Positions 1 to 12,992 of a DNA stretch of 64,000 bases are shown one piece after another. Made by a program: the position numbers and the translations under genes. The notes beneath the pieces were generated by a model, which was given only the letters and a program-made list of their open reading frames with translations, made no database searches and had not been told where the DNA came from. This stretch comes from Okamejei kenojei (lineage: Eukaryota), in the NCBI GenBank assembly GCA_035221665.1, contig CM069147.1, forward strand, positions 20,336,001 through 20,400,000. Direction: 5' to 3'. Numbering within the stretch: position 1 is the stretch's first letter; each line of letters opens with the position of its first letter.

Positions 1-692
1 CAAGCAATGACTTGCATCTAACCCATGATTAATATGTATTTCTAATTCCCACACCAACTAACAACCAGACCCGACTGAGGGGGTTTGCTCCAATAGCAAG
101 TATATCCAAAGTGACTGGAAACAAGGCACTGCTAAGACTTTCTTTTCGTACAAGGAATAAAGATTGACATGAACTTCGAAACCAGAGCTCATCAATGTAT
201 CTTACACACTTGTACTCTTCCCTTGCAATATATTTGCCTTCCATCACAGTGAGGAATGTGGGGGTCACTGGTAGATGTATTTTATGTGTCTTGTTGCTTT
301 TTATTGATATGACTATGGCAAATCAAATTCTTCTTATGTTGCAAAACATACTTGGCTAATAAAGTATGATTATGATATTTCAACATAGCTTACCCCTTAA
401 GTGCATGATACAATTCTGTTTTGTGCGCAACTGTCCAACTGCGTACTAATTACTACTTTCTCATCATATTAGGGTTTTTTTTTTTAACATTCCTACAGAA
501 TAACCACAACTGTTCAACTTCACACTGTGACAGCTGCTTAACGTTAATGATTTGGAGTGCATTCCTTGAAATTGAAAATAAGAATTGGTAATTACTGCGC
601 CACGATGATTCGAGCTTTTACTCAATGAAATCTTTGCTAAAGAACATTTTTGAAAAATATATATTTGCAATACTAAGAACATAGCACCTTAC

Positions 693-736
693 CGTTTGTG
701 CACCTCGCCTTGATTCCATCGAACTTCTATTAACGT
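693..736 (-). CDS. Gene A cytoplasmic exon 1 (DVNRSSMESRRGAQT)
   Basis: Acceptor cttgttttctttAG and donor GTaagg; 44 nt, phase 1 to 0; continues the frame of the TM exon at 1346-1444. Confidence 0.65.
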
Positions 737-1345
737 CTAAAGAAAACAAGACGATTAACGTTTGTGACAACAAAATGAATATTGTGTCTGAAGCTAATCA
801 AATGTATTGACTAAAGTAAGAACTCATGATGCCGCCGTGATATTTGAAAGTTTAGCAATACCGGTTTTTGCAATCTTGTGTTAGTGTTTTAACTTCGCAT
901 AATCGGTAATATGTAATCGAACTTGACTTTGAATTAAATTATCAAATGGTGATAGCGTGGCAGCAGCTGCGCCGCATTCCAAAATTACAATGAAAATTAA
1001 AAGTGTGGCAAGTTAGAGTAGTTTGATCACAAACAAAGTCAAGATCCATATCAAATTGGTTAAGATTGAATATTTTTAAAGAATAAAACGCAATCAATCA
1101 ATTCCCCGTGGTTGTGAAATAAAGACGAAGTCGATGAGCGAATAATTCGAACTTTGAAAAAAAAAATGTTTCCACCACATTTCAACCGTTAAATGTCATA
1201 ATGTTTTTGTAATGTGAATTTCATACCTAATAATGACCTGCAATATTTCTTCTTCTGCACGCGACGTGTATTAATTCTATGTTCCTGTTTTCTGAAATAC
1301 TATTAGGATGTTAATGTAATTGGCAAAAATAAATAACGGTCTTAC

Positions 1346-1444
1346 CATTTGTTGCGTTTAGTCTACGTACTGTCAAAATTATAATCGGGACTAAAATTGC
1401 CAATCCGCCCACTACACATCCGATAATCAGTGCGAGATTAGAGT
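1346..1444 (-). CDS. Gene A transmembrane exon (DSNLALIIGCVVGGLAILVPIIILTVRRLNATN), uncharged TM
   Basis: Acceptor tctgcttctcctgcAG and donor GTaag; 99 nt, phase 1-1; hydrophobic stretch followed by RR stop-transfer; clearly homologous to the gene D TM exon. Confidence 0.85.
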
Positions 1445-1639
1445 CTGCAGGAGAAGCAGATACATTTAAAATTGTAAAACATATAAATTAAGACACTGGT
1501 GAGAAATTGGGAGTCAGGAGGGCAGAGCACTCCGAATGTGTATTTTTATCCTTGGTGTATAAGCATTCCAATATATACCGAATGGAAAGAATTGCATTAA
1601 TTGCAAGTTAGCGAAGAAATATATATCGTCTGCTTTGAT

Positions 1640-1840
1640 CTGTCATTTTCAGATCTGACATCTCTTTACACCTCCACATCTCTAGTTTCCCTCTCCACTG
1701 ACTCTCAATCTGAAGAAGTGTCTTGACACGAAACGTCAGCCATTCCTTCTCTTCAGTGATACTGCTTGTCCCACTGTTACACCAGCATTTCATGTCAATT
1801 TTCGGTCTAAACTATCATTTGCAGTTCCTTCCAACACAGA
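1640..1840 (+). mobile_element. Penelope pLTR-derived short repeat with hammerhead core
   Basis: CTGAAGA-A-GTGTC-TT-GACAC-GAAACGTC at 1710-1737; related to the pLTR of the GIY-YIG-bearing element at 57723-58409. Confidence 0.6.
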
Positions 1841-3483
1841 TGTATGGTAAACACGTAAATCGTGTCACATAATGATCCAATGAGCTTCTCTTTGTGCAAG
1901 AAGGTTACTTATGAAGTGCAGACTTGCTTTTCTCTTAGCAGATTCCATATTTAGGACTGGCATACAGCACCTGATTCTACAGCTTTTAAGGTGTAACAAA
2001 AGCAACTTACCTGTACGTTCGGTTTTGCAAGCCTTTAACGTGTAAAAATATTTCAAGTAACTTTACAGGACGGCCTTCCAACAAAATTTGCCTCCAAATC
2101 GCAGATTATGAGAAATTAGGAGGGGCATAGCACGGAAACTGGTCCTTCCGCCAAACTCATCCATGCCGAGCAAGTTGCCCAACCGAGCTAGTCCCAGCTG
2201 CCTGCCGTAGGAACTCAGCAGGCTTAGCTGCATTGCTGGAGGGAAATGACGTTTCGAGTAGTGACCCTTCTTCAGATACCCTCCGCAGATGCTACCTGGG
2301 ATGCTAAGTATCTCCAGAACTTTGCAGATGCTGGAAACATAAAAAGCAATCTCCTTTGCCTCCTACTTACCTGCTCCTGGCACATATCTCTTCAAACCGT
2401 TCCTGTCCATATGGAGGTGACATGTACTTGGTGGAATTAAACTGACATTTAAGGGGAGGTTATTAGACAGAAGGGCATAGTGTGGGTAGTTGGAAGGTTC
2501 ATGGACAGTAAACGGATGAGAGTAATTACATTTGAATACAACTGGACGAATCTATTGACATTTCATGTTGGTAAACTTATAAGGACTAGAGGATAAGGTC
2601 AGATGACCTCTCCAGGCATTTTGCAAGATTGTGGTCGTTCCTCGATTATAATCCATTTCTTGCCTATTGTTCATACCTTTTGATTTTAAAGCAAAACTGA
2701 TCTGGGTAAAACTGACAAGGCCAGCACATCCAGTATTCCCAAATCATGCTTGTCCTTCACAATGTGGCAGTGAGCAGCATTTGTGAATCACTGCAGTCCT
2801 CTCAGTGAAGATAATTCCACAGTGATATTGAGTAATGAGTTCCAGGATCAAATCCAAGCGAACGATACGGACGATTTATTTACAAGTCATTACGGTGTGT
2901 GACTCGGAAGGGAATCTGCAGGAGATGGCGCGTTCCTATGCACCTGTTGCCCTTGATCATCATTTTCAAAAACTCTATTGATCTCAGCTCTGAAATACAA
3001 GATTATGGATCTGCGATGTTCCGAGGTACGGAATTACAAAGATTCGCGCATCTCTGGGAAGTGAAATTTCGCCTTAATATAAACGTTAAAAGCCGACTTC
3101 CTGTCTTAAAGAAAATATGTCTTGTTCGGAGCATTCTCCTTCCCCATTCGTCATATTATGTCCCTTTGTAGTCGAGAATTGAATGTTTACTTGCCCTTCT
3201 GTCTAATAACATCCCCTTAAATGTTTACTTGACACCACTGTCAAGTGCCTGAAAGTTTGCTGTTTCACACGCACGATATATATTAAACGTATAAATTAAT
3301 CTCACGCAGTTCTAATTGAGAAAGTATAGCGCTAAATTATGCATTAGGTTGCTTGCACATCGATATTCTACTGTGAATATATAGGTTAACGTTTACTACT
3401 CCACGTACAGTATTCGGCCTGATGTCATTTCTAAATCGGATCGGAGGTCTCCCTCTGTTCCCAGCTCTGTTTGCCTGTCTTAC

Positions 3484-3791
3484 CTGGCTTGACGGTGTAG
3501 TCGACTCTGGCCGCGACCGTAAGGGAGACATGTGACACTAGGCAGGTGTAAATATCAACGCGCCAGGTAGGCTTCGTTACTTCGAGAAAACTGGAAGCCA
3601 CATACAACCCCCTCCAACGCTACTGGTTGTTCACAGGTTCTTCCCGGTGAAAATTTGTTACACCATTTCTTTGCCAGGATATTTTCACTTCTTTCGTAAA
3701 AAAAGGCAGCCGTTTGACACACAAGTTTTTTTTTTTTGGCGGCGAAAACTGCCCATTAACTTGGCTAAATGCTCAGTTGGAGTTGGCGGAG
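3484..3791 (-). CDS. Gene A C1-set Ig domain exon (frameshifted by probable sequencing errors)
   Basis: Matches the intact C1 exon 27719-28009 apart mostly from single-base/homopolymer insertions; donor GTaag intact at 3483. Confidence 0.75.
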
Positions 3792-3884
3792 CATGTAACA
3801 GAAGAAAAAAAAAAGTTATGTTGTATGTCTTCTTTTCCATGTCAATGAATTACTTTGTCGTACAGCTTGTGAAGACATCGCAGT

Positions 3885-4330
3885 ATCAGACTGGGATAGG
3901 CTCGGCTTGTTACTCGCTAGAATTTAGAAGATTGAGGGGGGATCTTATAGAAACTTACAAAATTCTTAAGGGGTGGACAGGCTAGATGCAGGAAGATTTT
4001 GTTCCCGATGTTGGGGAGGTCCAGAAAACAAGGGGTCACAAGTTTAAGGATAAGGGGGAAGTCTTTTAGGACGGAGATGAGAAAAACCATTTTTCACACA
4101 TGGTGAATCTGTGGAATTATCTGCCACAGAAGGTAGTTGAGGCCAGTTCATTTGCTATATCTAAGAGGGAGTTAGATGTGGCCCTTGTGGCTAAAGGGAT
4201 CAAGGGTACGGAATGGAGAGAAAGGCAGGTACAGGATACTGAGTTGGATGATCAGCCCTGATCATATTGAATGGTGGTGCAGGCTCGAAGGCCGAATGGC
4301 CTACTCCTGCACCTATTTTCTATTTTTTGT
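3885..4330 (+). mobile_element. CR1 LINE 3' fragment
   Basis: YSLEFRRLRGDLIETYKILKG motif and CR1 3' UTR; paralogous copy at 28100-28532. Confidence 0.85.
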
Positions 4331-6914
4331 AAGTCCACATGGGTTATCGGTACGTTCACTTTTAAACTAATGGAGTTTATAGTTCGTCTTACCATGGACA
4401 GTAAAATACATTCAAAGAATACATAGGAATGTGATGTTCGATATAAGTAATATGCGGAAATAATTTCCCCCCCCCCCATTGTTTCCTGAATGGAAGATCC
4501 AGATTTAGCGCGCCCCGTAGAAGCAACCAGCAATTGTTTAAGTAATTACATCAGCAACTTACAGTGTTTTTTTTAACATACTTTTTTGTTTTTCAAAGAA
4601 TGATACAGGCCCGGTGTCCGCCTTCACGCTTTGACTATTAAAACTCCCTATTAAATTAATCCAATTTTCCCCGTCGCACCCATATCAACTGTCCTCAAAT
4701 TCTTCACCGCCACATCTCAATTTTTATCAAGGGATAATTTTACAGCTGGTTACCCTACCAACCAAGCGGGAAAAAAGTTTTTTTTGGCAATGGATACACC
4801 GTTAGCGTAGCAACGGGGAAAAAAACAGGAATTTGCGAGAATTTTATTAAACTGCACACAGACTAAAAAACGAATCTTATATATAATTTTTTCACATCTC
4901 GCCAATGCCCAAAACTATGGTCTAGGGGCAGGTTTGGCTTTTTTTTTTTATCTATACGATCCCCCTGAAAGGTTTGTCCCCCCCCCCCCATAATAGTTTT
5001 CAGAGACTGGGGGAAAATTGAGAGTTTAGATGAAGTAACTTTTTTTCACAAGGAAAACCTTTTTTTTTTTTTCCCAGGCCCGCCGATATACGGGGGTAAA
5101 TGAAAAATTTTGTATATGGTATGACCTTGAGTTTTTATACCGGAAACCAATATTTGTTTTTGATAATAACAAAAATAAAGGTGATAGAACCCGGGGGGGG
5201 GGGGGCTTGCCCAAAGCGAACCTTTTCCAATGTCCCCCACAACACATTTTCATCTAACTACTGCCCCTTTTCTAAATTTGCTCGATATATTGAACACATT
5301 CCATCTAAGTAAGAATTCTAAATTGAACCGAACTCCCATATTTTTGTCCCCATTTACGAGCACCCTGATTTATTTTTCTCAGGCGTAAAATCTACAGTCC
5401 CAGTGTTTAGCCCTGGAAGGACCCCAGACTCCCTTGCTAAGGTGTTATTGGGAAAGTTTAGTACAAAACAATCTGTTGAACATCTAAACTTTTAAATTTC
5501 TTTTCCCTACATTCCCGTTTTTATTTTGTACTAACACGTTATTGAATACGGATCAAATTTATTTTTTCTTCGGAAGAGGGAGTTTTGTGTTTTTTATTCT
5601 CCCCCCAACCCTCAGAGCGTGCATACCAGCTAAAACTCAGAGTTTTTTTTCTCCATACACAAAAACAGATTATTTTTTAATGTGGGAAAATAAAATATTT
5701 TTTTGTTTTGCGAAGTTCAGTTCGACAGCGTCGTTTTTTTTAAAACTCGCAAGCATTTTTCAATTCGAGGGTTCGTGTAAATGGAAAAACCACGAGTTGC
5801 AAGGACCAAGGAGGAGCCAAACGGGTGGTTTTCCCCCTCAATGAAGACCACATTCCCTGTTTTTTTTTTTTCGTGCTTTTTTACAGATATTTGGCGGTGA
5901 AATAAAAAAAATGATCGAATACACAAAATACACAATGAAGAATTTGGGTGGACGTTTTTTAGGATTTCGAGACACTTCTTCAGTCTGAATTGTCCCACTC
6001 CTTTCCCCTACTCTCAGAGATGCTGCCCCATTGTCCGCCGAATAACTCCAGCATTTTTTATGGTCTATCCGCAAAATCATTGAGAGCTTTTTTCCCCCCT
6101 TTTTATTCCCACCTGTTTTCCTGACTTTTTACGATAAAACTAATAGATTTTTGGAAAATTCCCGTTTTTTTATAAAACAATAACTGGGTAGACAATTGGG
6201 TAGCGGTTTTTTTTGCGTCCGGGAAAATGATAAGAGTTGTGGTGGACCAGTGTGGGGTGGGACACTCTTGTAGTTGAGGTTGTCGTCACGGTTTTGGCTG
6301 GAATGGTGACCTTTTTTCATTATAATACTTAAAAGAGGCCCGAAACCCCCCAGAAACTCAATGTGTTTTTAAAAAATTACTCCCCCCCTAGGAGGGAAAA
6401 AGCCGCCATACTTACCGGCGACAGGAGGCCAGGGAGGGATTAAAGGTATCCAAGTTGCTTTTTGACATCATTTCCCCCTGAAAAAAACAATGCCAGTCAC
6501 TGAAAAAACACCCATGGGAAATGAAAACGAAAGAGTGAAAAAATAAAAAAAATTCTGAAAATTTTCCGTGGGGCGATTCCGCAACCCGACCTCCACAGAG
6601 AGGAACAAAGGAAAAAAGGCCCCTCTGGGGCAAACGAAAAACGAGAACAACCTCCCCCTCGCCACCCACAATACTGGGCCCCGAATTCAGCTAATTTATT
6701 TTTTTTTTACCAAAACATTTCCAATTTTTTTTCAAGTCGGGCGGAAGTGTTTTGTTGATTTTCATAACAAAAAAAAAATCCATATAATTAGTAAATATCC
6801 AGTTTATTTTTTTAACCCAGTGATAAAAATGTAAATGTTTTTTAAATTCACAATTAGAGAGCTAATTTATACTACAGATAGCTTAAGTTCTCTCCGTCGT
6901 GGGGATAAACTAAC

Positions 6915-7303
6915 CAAATTAACAGTTGAGCCTGGAGCCCAGGTTTCCATCACCCGAATAGAATTGGCTGCTGATGTTTTTTTCACTGTTTTACAATAAT
7001 AAAACCCCCGGTTGGGTCCCCCCTACATTTTGCCATTTTCAGGAGAACAAAAATCTGGCACTGACCCCTTTTTGGTAATAAATTATTTTTTTTTTTTCCC
7101 CCTGCTGTCCTGGGTTTTTTCTATAAATTTGTCCCCCCCCCCCCCCCCTCTCTCCATCTCCACCAGTAAACATCAGGAGTAACTTGTTTTATTGAAGAAC
7201 CCGGGCCAGAAACATGGGATTGCATTGCCCTCCTCCCCTTGGGGACCCGTCAGGTTCTTTCCCGGGAAATTTGGGTCCACTTTTGCGAAGTTCACTTCGT
7301 TGG
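6915..7303 (-). CDS. Gene A V exon (garbled by homopolymer errors)
   Basis: Recognisable copy of 30621-30926, e.g. gagcctggagcc, caggagaacaaaaatctg, ctccaccagtaaacatcaggagtaacttg. Confidence 0.65.
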
Positions 7304-7548
7304 CTCCCAAAAATCAAAGAGAAAATTCTAAAACAGTTTTTTTCACAAAACTGGAACAAGGAAAAAAAAATTAATTCAAGAGTATTGAAAATTTACAAAA
7401 GTAATAAAAAAATTAGCCGTACCAAGCGAGCCTGGAGAAGCACCCTGTAACTAATTCGCAAAGTGTTAATTTTTTAAATGGAAATTATTTCTAAAACAGA
7501 AATGTAAAATATTATTGGTCCCGGGCACATAAATCCTAAAAAAGGTAC

Positions 7549-7619
7549 CTTGCCAAACTGTTCCACCAAAGGGTCCATGTAACCGAAAATGATGCCTTTT
7601 TTCACCTGTCCCCCCCCAT
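7549..7619 (-). CDS. Gene A leader exon (garbled)
   Basis: Copy of 31132-31186 (gtaccttgccaaactg...gatgc...ttcac); boundaries approximate. Confidence 0.55.
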
Positions 7620-10600
7620 ATTCATCAAGAAAAGTTGGTTTTTGGCGCCTTGTTTGCAAATTGAAGGGAATTTTTTATTCTAAAAAGATTCTCTTTTGCA
7701 ATGAAAGAGTTTTGCCTGGTGAATACATATTTTTTCGCCCTTGTGACATGACAAAAGATGTCAACATGACGGTGAAGTTGGGTGGTCAAATTTTTTGGTT
7801 TTTGCAATTTGGTTGAGTTTGCTAAGTAATGAGCGAGGGTCCCGCCCCCACTGCAATGAAAAAGCAGTTTTTCCGTCGGGGAACAATTCTCTCTTAGACT
7901 TCCCCTGGTTCCAATGGTTGGAAAAATAAATTTACTGACCATTTCAGAAGAAGGAATCCGCAATATTTCCTTTTTTTCCCTCCCATCCGACGCAAAGGGG
8001 ACTTACCAAATCTTAATATGAACCCTAAAAAAAAAAAAAATTTTTAACAGGAAAAATGCGGGTTTTTTTAGAGGGAAAAAGGTTTAATCAGTCATGAGTG
8101 AAAATGGCGAGAATACTCTGATGGCCCCAATTGGCCACCAATTTCTGCTTCCTTTTTTGGAAATTTTAAATAGCTAATGAAAAATTTTATTTAAATTTTC
8201 CTCACCTCATCTTCCTTCTTTTTGGAAACATATGTCCCCCCCCCCAGGGCTTGAAATCCCACTGAAAAACAAAGATGATTAACCTTACACAGATTATTTT
8301 TTTTTTCCCTTTTCTTTATCCTCTAAATCCGCTTTCAACACAGGCGTCGCAACCCGAATTTAATTTGGAAAAATAAAGCAAGCAAGGATTGAAAAAACCT
8401 CAAATGGACGATTAAAAAAGGAATTCAAAGTGGTGGCACCGGAGGCCGGCCTTTTGAAAAGAAAGGGTTCCCGAAAAAAACGTCCCAAAACCATTCTTTC
8501 CCTCCTCCAGAAGAATTTCCTTGCATGTCCCGCTGAAGTGACCCCTCCTAAATAAAAAAAGGGTGGTCCCACAAAAATGGTATTGGCGAGTCGGATTAAG
8601 CAATACAATTCCCTTTTTTTAAATACCCTAACAATAAAACAAGAGGTAACGAAGAAGAGAAGGAGGGGAAGGGGAAGGGGGAAAGGGGCCCTTCACTCAA
8701 TATAAAAGAGCAAATTGTGCCTTGGAGTCCCGGGGGTTGTTTTTGAAAGCCAATGGTACTAAAACGAAGTACCATTGGCATCTGTATTGACCCCGAGGAG
8801 AAAGAGCACGGAAACGGTGGTGAGTTTCAGTGGTTGAGAATATAATATCCAATTAACACATTTATTGGATTAAGGTACTGGGGGGGTTTTTTTTTTTAAA
8901 AACACAATTAAATTTTATTGGATAAACCCACAGGCTAATTTGCGATTTAAATATCCCAAGTGATTGGAGAGAGGCCAAGAGGCGAAAAAAATTGAAAAGA
9001 GCCTATGAACCAAAAGAAATTTTTTGCATTTTAATCCTAGCTACACACCAATAGTAATACCCCTGGAGACCCGCAGAAATACGTAAAATGTTTTGTTTTT
9101 CCACGGTGTTTTACAAAAGTGAAAGTAAGAGGGGAATCTACTAATACCGCCCTGTTTTTTTTTTTTTTTTTGCCACCTCCAAACGTACCAATAGTAAAGG
9201 GGGGGGGGGGGGGGGGGGCCTTATTGGATAGAAATTCATTTTGGGATAGGAATTTTTTTTTTACTCCCATTTTGGGGGGGGGGGGCTTTAATTGGAATTC
9301 GGATTTCCCATTTGGGATTAGGAAAAAAATTTTTAAACCTCCCCCATTTGGGGGGGGGGGGGCTATTGAATAGGATTTTTCAATTTTTGGATAGGAAAAT
9401 TTTACTCCCCATTTTTTGGGAAGAGAATAATCAGGGGTTTCATTTAGAACGAATTTTCCCCCCCCAGCAAAGGCTTTATTTACGTGACAGGTCATTTTTT
9501 TTTACTAACAATTCCAGATTTTTTTGAAGAGGGAGCAAATGGGATAAATCCATTGAAAGGCCAGATAGTGGATGGGCCAATCTTATGTCAAAAATATTTT
9601 TTAAAGGGATTGCAATTTGTGAAAGGCCTGATCCAAAAGATCAGAATCTTGTTGTATTAACAGAGAATTAAAACCAACGATTTTGAAATTGTATGGATTT
9701 TTTTCAATAAATGGTTTACTAATAAAGTAAGTGGGTGGGAAGAACGATATTCAGCCCTGAGGCCCCCCCTTGGAATTTGAATCTATTTACACAATATTTT
9801 TTTTGTTTTTTTGTAGTCCTCCCCCTTTTGATATCCTTAGTTTATTCACACCTTTACCCCCTTTTTTACAAAATAATCTTTTTTGTGGTCTCCCTCTTCC
9901 ACTGACTCTCAGTCCCTGGAAAAAGGGTCCTCAAACCTGAAAATGTCCACCCATTCCTTCCATCTAGAGTTTTGCTGCCCTGTCCCCCTTGCTGACCCAG
10001 TAAGGCCTTCACATCAATTGAATAGGAACAGCCTTATTTGGGAGTGGATTTATTCCCCCGGGAAGGAGGGCTTTTTATTTTTTGTATTTTGAAGAAAAAA
10101 GGGGCTAAATTAAAGACAGTCCCAGCATGCTTTGTAAACTTGGAAGGACAATAGTAAATTATGACCCTGAATTGGTTTGTTTTTTTTTTTGAGCAGAGAA
10201 AATGAAGTTTTGTTTGATCTTTGGGAGGGGCAGTGGCATGCTGTCCCCTTACATGTTTATTTTAGCAAGGACATTTTTTGAAATAAAATCCCCTCATGGT
10301 AGGCAAAAAGCCAGAAGAAATGAAAAGTGGGCATTGGGAATCCAAGGCCAATGTGGTTGTTTGAAATTTCAGTAACTGGACTTTATCCTTCAGAGAAGAC
10401 TTGAGGTTTGGGGCCCTGGTGGATTGTAAGTGGAGTTTATTTTTTGGCTGGAATGTCCCCCCCCCCCCCTGTACCAATCAAGTTGTTTTCTCAGGGATCT
10501 GCCCACTGGGATTACTCTGTCATCCTGCAAATAATAATTTAAAATTGATTTCGCAAAAAAAAAATTGGGGTTTTGTTTTAAGTAATTTTTTTTCAAATAA

Positions 10601-11839
10601 TAACAAAAATTGGGGAAAAACATTTTGGTGGGAAAAGAGGTTTTTGGCAAGTCAAATTATATAAGAAAGGGAAATTATAAACAGTTGGGCCAGAAATGAA
10701 AAACGAAAAAAAAGCAGATGAAAGTGGTGGCAAGATTGGTGGCAAACTTTTGGAGGTATCCCAAATTGTAAGGGGAAAGTTAAAATACACTTCAATAGAA
10801 AGTTGGCCTCAGCAGCATCCGATATACAGAGGGGCCCCTTTCCTCGGCTCCTAGTCCATAGCTCCTGGATAAAGGTTTAATACCAAGTAGATAAAGTTAA
10901 ATTAAAAAGGCATCTGAAAAATATGATTGCCCTTTTTTTGCCAGCAAATCAGAAAGCCAATTGAAATAGAAAAAGGTTTTTTCCCAGGAAATAAAATTCG
11001 CGTTTTTTTAATTTCACTTGGCATCATGTTCGCCAAATGGCCCAATTTTTTATGGGATTTCAGGGCCATGTTCCTGTGGCTTGTTAACATTTTCCTATGT
11101 TTTCCTAATGTGTTTTGCTATTTAATTAAATGTTAAATTTTCGTTTTTTTTTTTGCAATAAATTGCCAAAAATCAAGATTTGCCGAAAAAGTCCCCTTTC
11201 TCTTACGCAGATTTAAGTTTTTTTTGACCCAAATTAGAGAAATAATCCTTCAATGGATGGCCACCACACTGCCCACCCAACCCTGGCCCCTTGCCCTCCA
11301 ATGAAAATTTTAGTAACGCAGGACAGGGAATAAAATTGTTAGTCCCCCACTTCTAGAATTCAGGTACCTCCGGTTGCCCTTTTTTGGGGCAAAAAAAAAT
11401 TTTTCAAAAAATATAACGAGCTGCCCAAGGAAAATTTGGGCAAAAAAATGGGTACATTAATGGACATTTTTTAAATTCAACCCAGACAAGGCTAAAATAA
11501 GGGTTCATAAATTTTTGATGGGAGTAAAGGAAATATTAGAAACCAACTCATCCTCTTTTCGCTGATCTATTCTTCTCCCCCAACTAAACCCCAAATTTCT
11601 CCTGAGGGTTTTTTTTTCCTTCCCCCCATAAACTGTCACCTGGTACAATTCAAAAAAATCTATCTAATCACTGGCCCCCTTAAAAAAATAAATCCACTGC
11701 CTTTTGGGCCTCTACAAATTTTATTTTTGTGGCAAAAGAATCCACAATTTTTTCTCCAGCCCTCTGAAAACCTTAAAAAAAAAAATTTCCTCCCATCTGT
11801 CCTTTTCCTAAAACAATAAATTGTTTCCCCCCTTTAAAT

Positions 11840-12992
11840 ATTTTAAAAACAGCCCCCAAAATTTCCTCACCCATTTTCAGAAAAAAGAAAACCCTATGAC
11901 GTTCACAATGCACCTCGGAAGGCAGGGGCGGTAACACTCCCAGGAGGGAAAGGGCCATCCAAAGCCGCTACCGCGGTTGGAATGAGGAAAATTGGGCAGT
12001 TGCCTGCCAGGGCGCCCAATGTCCCCCCCCAAACCTGGTGGGAGGTTGGTGGGCTGGGGGCCTGGAGTGAAGCCACACCAAGCCCTGGGGCTTTGATGGG
12101 GCCCCATGACAGGGGGGTCCCGAAGAAAAAGAAAAGCCTGCCGCCCTGAACCAAGGACGGAGGGCCCCTGGGTTTTTTTTCATCAATCAGGGGAACCGAA
12201 CCCGAGAATGAAAAAAAAAGTCCGGGCCCCCTGAACTGGAAAGCCCATGGGCAGCGGCCGAGGCCCCTTGACGGCTGATTACTAAACAGCCAGGGCCGGG
12301 CCGAGTATGAGAAACCAGACTGGGTTTCTAGGCCCTGGTGTTCCTCTACAAACATGGGTAAGGTGCTGGGGCAGAGAATGGGAGTGGATGCGAGGAGGAT
12401 GAGGGAAATGATGAGGAAGGAGATGTGTGTGAGGGGAGTGCAGTGGTAGAGGGAGATGGAGGGGGGTGTGTGCAGGAGGAAGATGGGGAAGGGTGGGGAG
12501 AGAGATGCCCCCTCCTATCTACCATCAACTCCCACCCTCTCTCTACCCCCTCCCTCTCCCTCTTCTCCCTCCCTCGCCCTCTTACCATCTCCCTCAACCA
12601 TCTATTCCCTCTCTCTCTAACCCCCTCCCTCTCTGCCCCTCCCCCTCTAAACCCACCCCTCCATCTCCCTCTACCCTCCCTCTCTACTAACCCCCTCCCC
12701 TCCCCCTCTCTACCCCCCCTCCTTTAACCCCCCTCTTCCTAACCCCTCCTCCCTCTACCACCCTCCCCTCTACCCCCCTTCCCCTCTCTAGAGATTTGAA
12801 GAGGGAGAAGAGGAGGAAGAGGGAGTGCTGGGGGATGAGGAGAAATGAGCCAACGCCTGCGCTGTTGGGGACTATGCGTGAGTGTGCAATATTGCGTTGG
12901 GGGGAACGGCTTGCGTTGGGGGAACGGTTGTGAGTGGTGGAATCTTGCGTTGGGGGAGTAGAACCCAATGGGTCTGCACTTGGTCTGGTCTT
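11840..12992 (-). mobile_element. GC-rich non-autonomous repeat with pyrimidine low-complexity core (copy of 34540-35665)
   Basis: Starts on the minus strand with AGACCAAGTGCAGACCCATTGGG; same family as 60233 onward. Confidence 0.5.

Noticed and set aside
390-419. Minus-strand TELYHALKG* (YxxL) downstream of gene A
   Set aside because: An in-frame stop lies just upstream and no convincing phase-0 acceptor links it to exon 693-736.
3484-7619. Calling gene A a pseudogene
   Set aside because: The disruptions follow a homopolymer-error pattern shared with the surrounding introns.
9130-9420. Local repetition of ctattggatagg...tactcccatt between G-runs
   Set aside because: Single copy in the paralogue (~31990-32030) and inside the low-quality segment; probably a read artefact.
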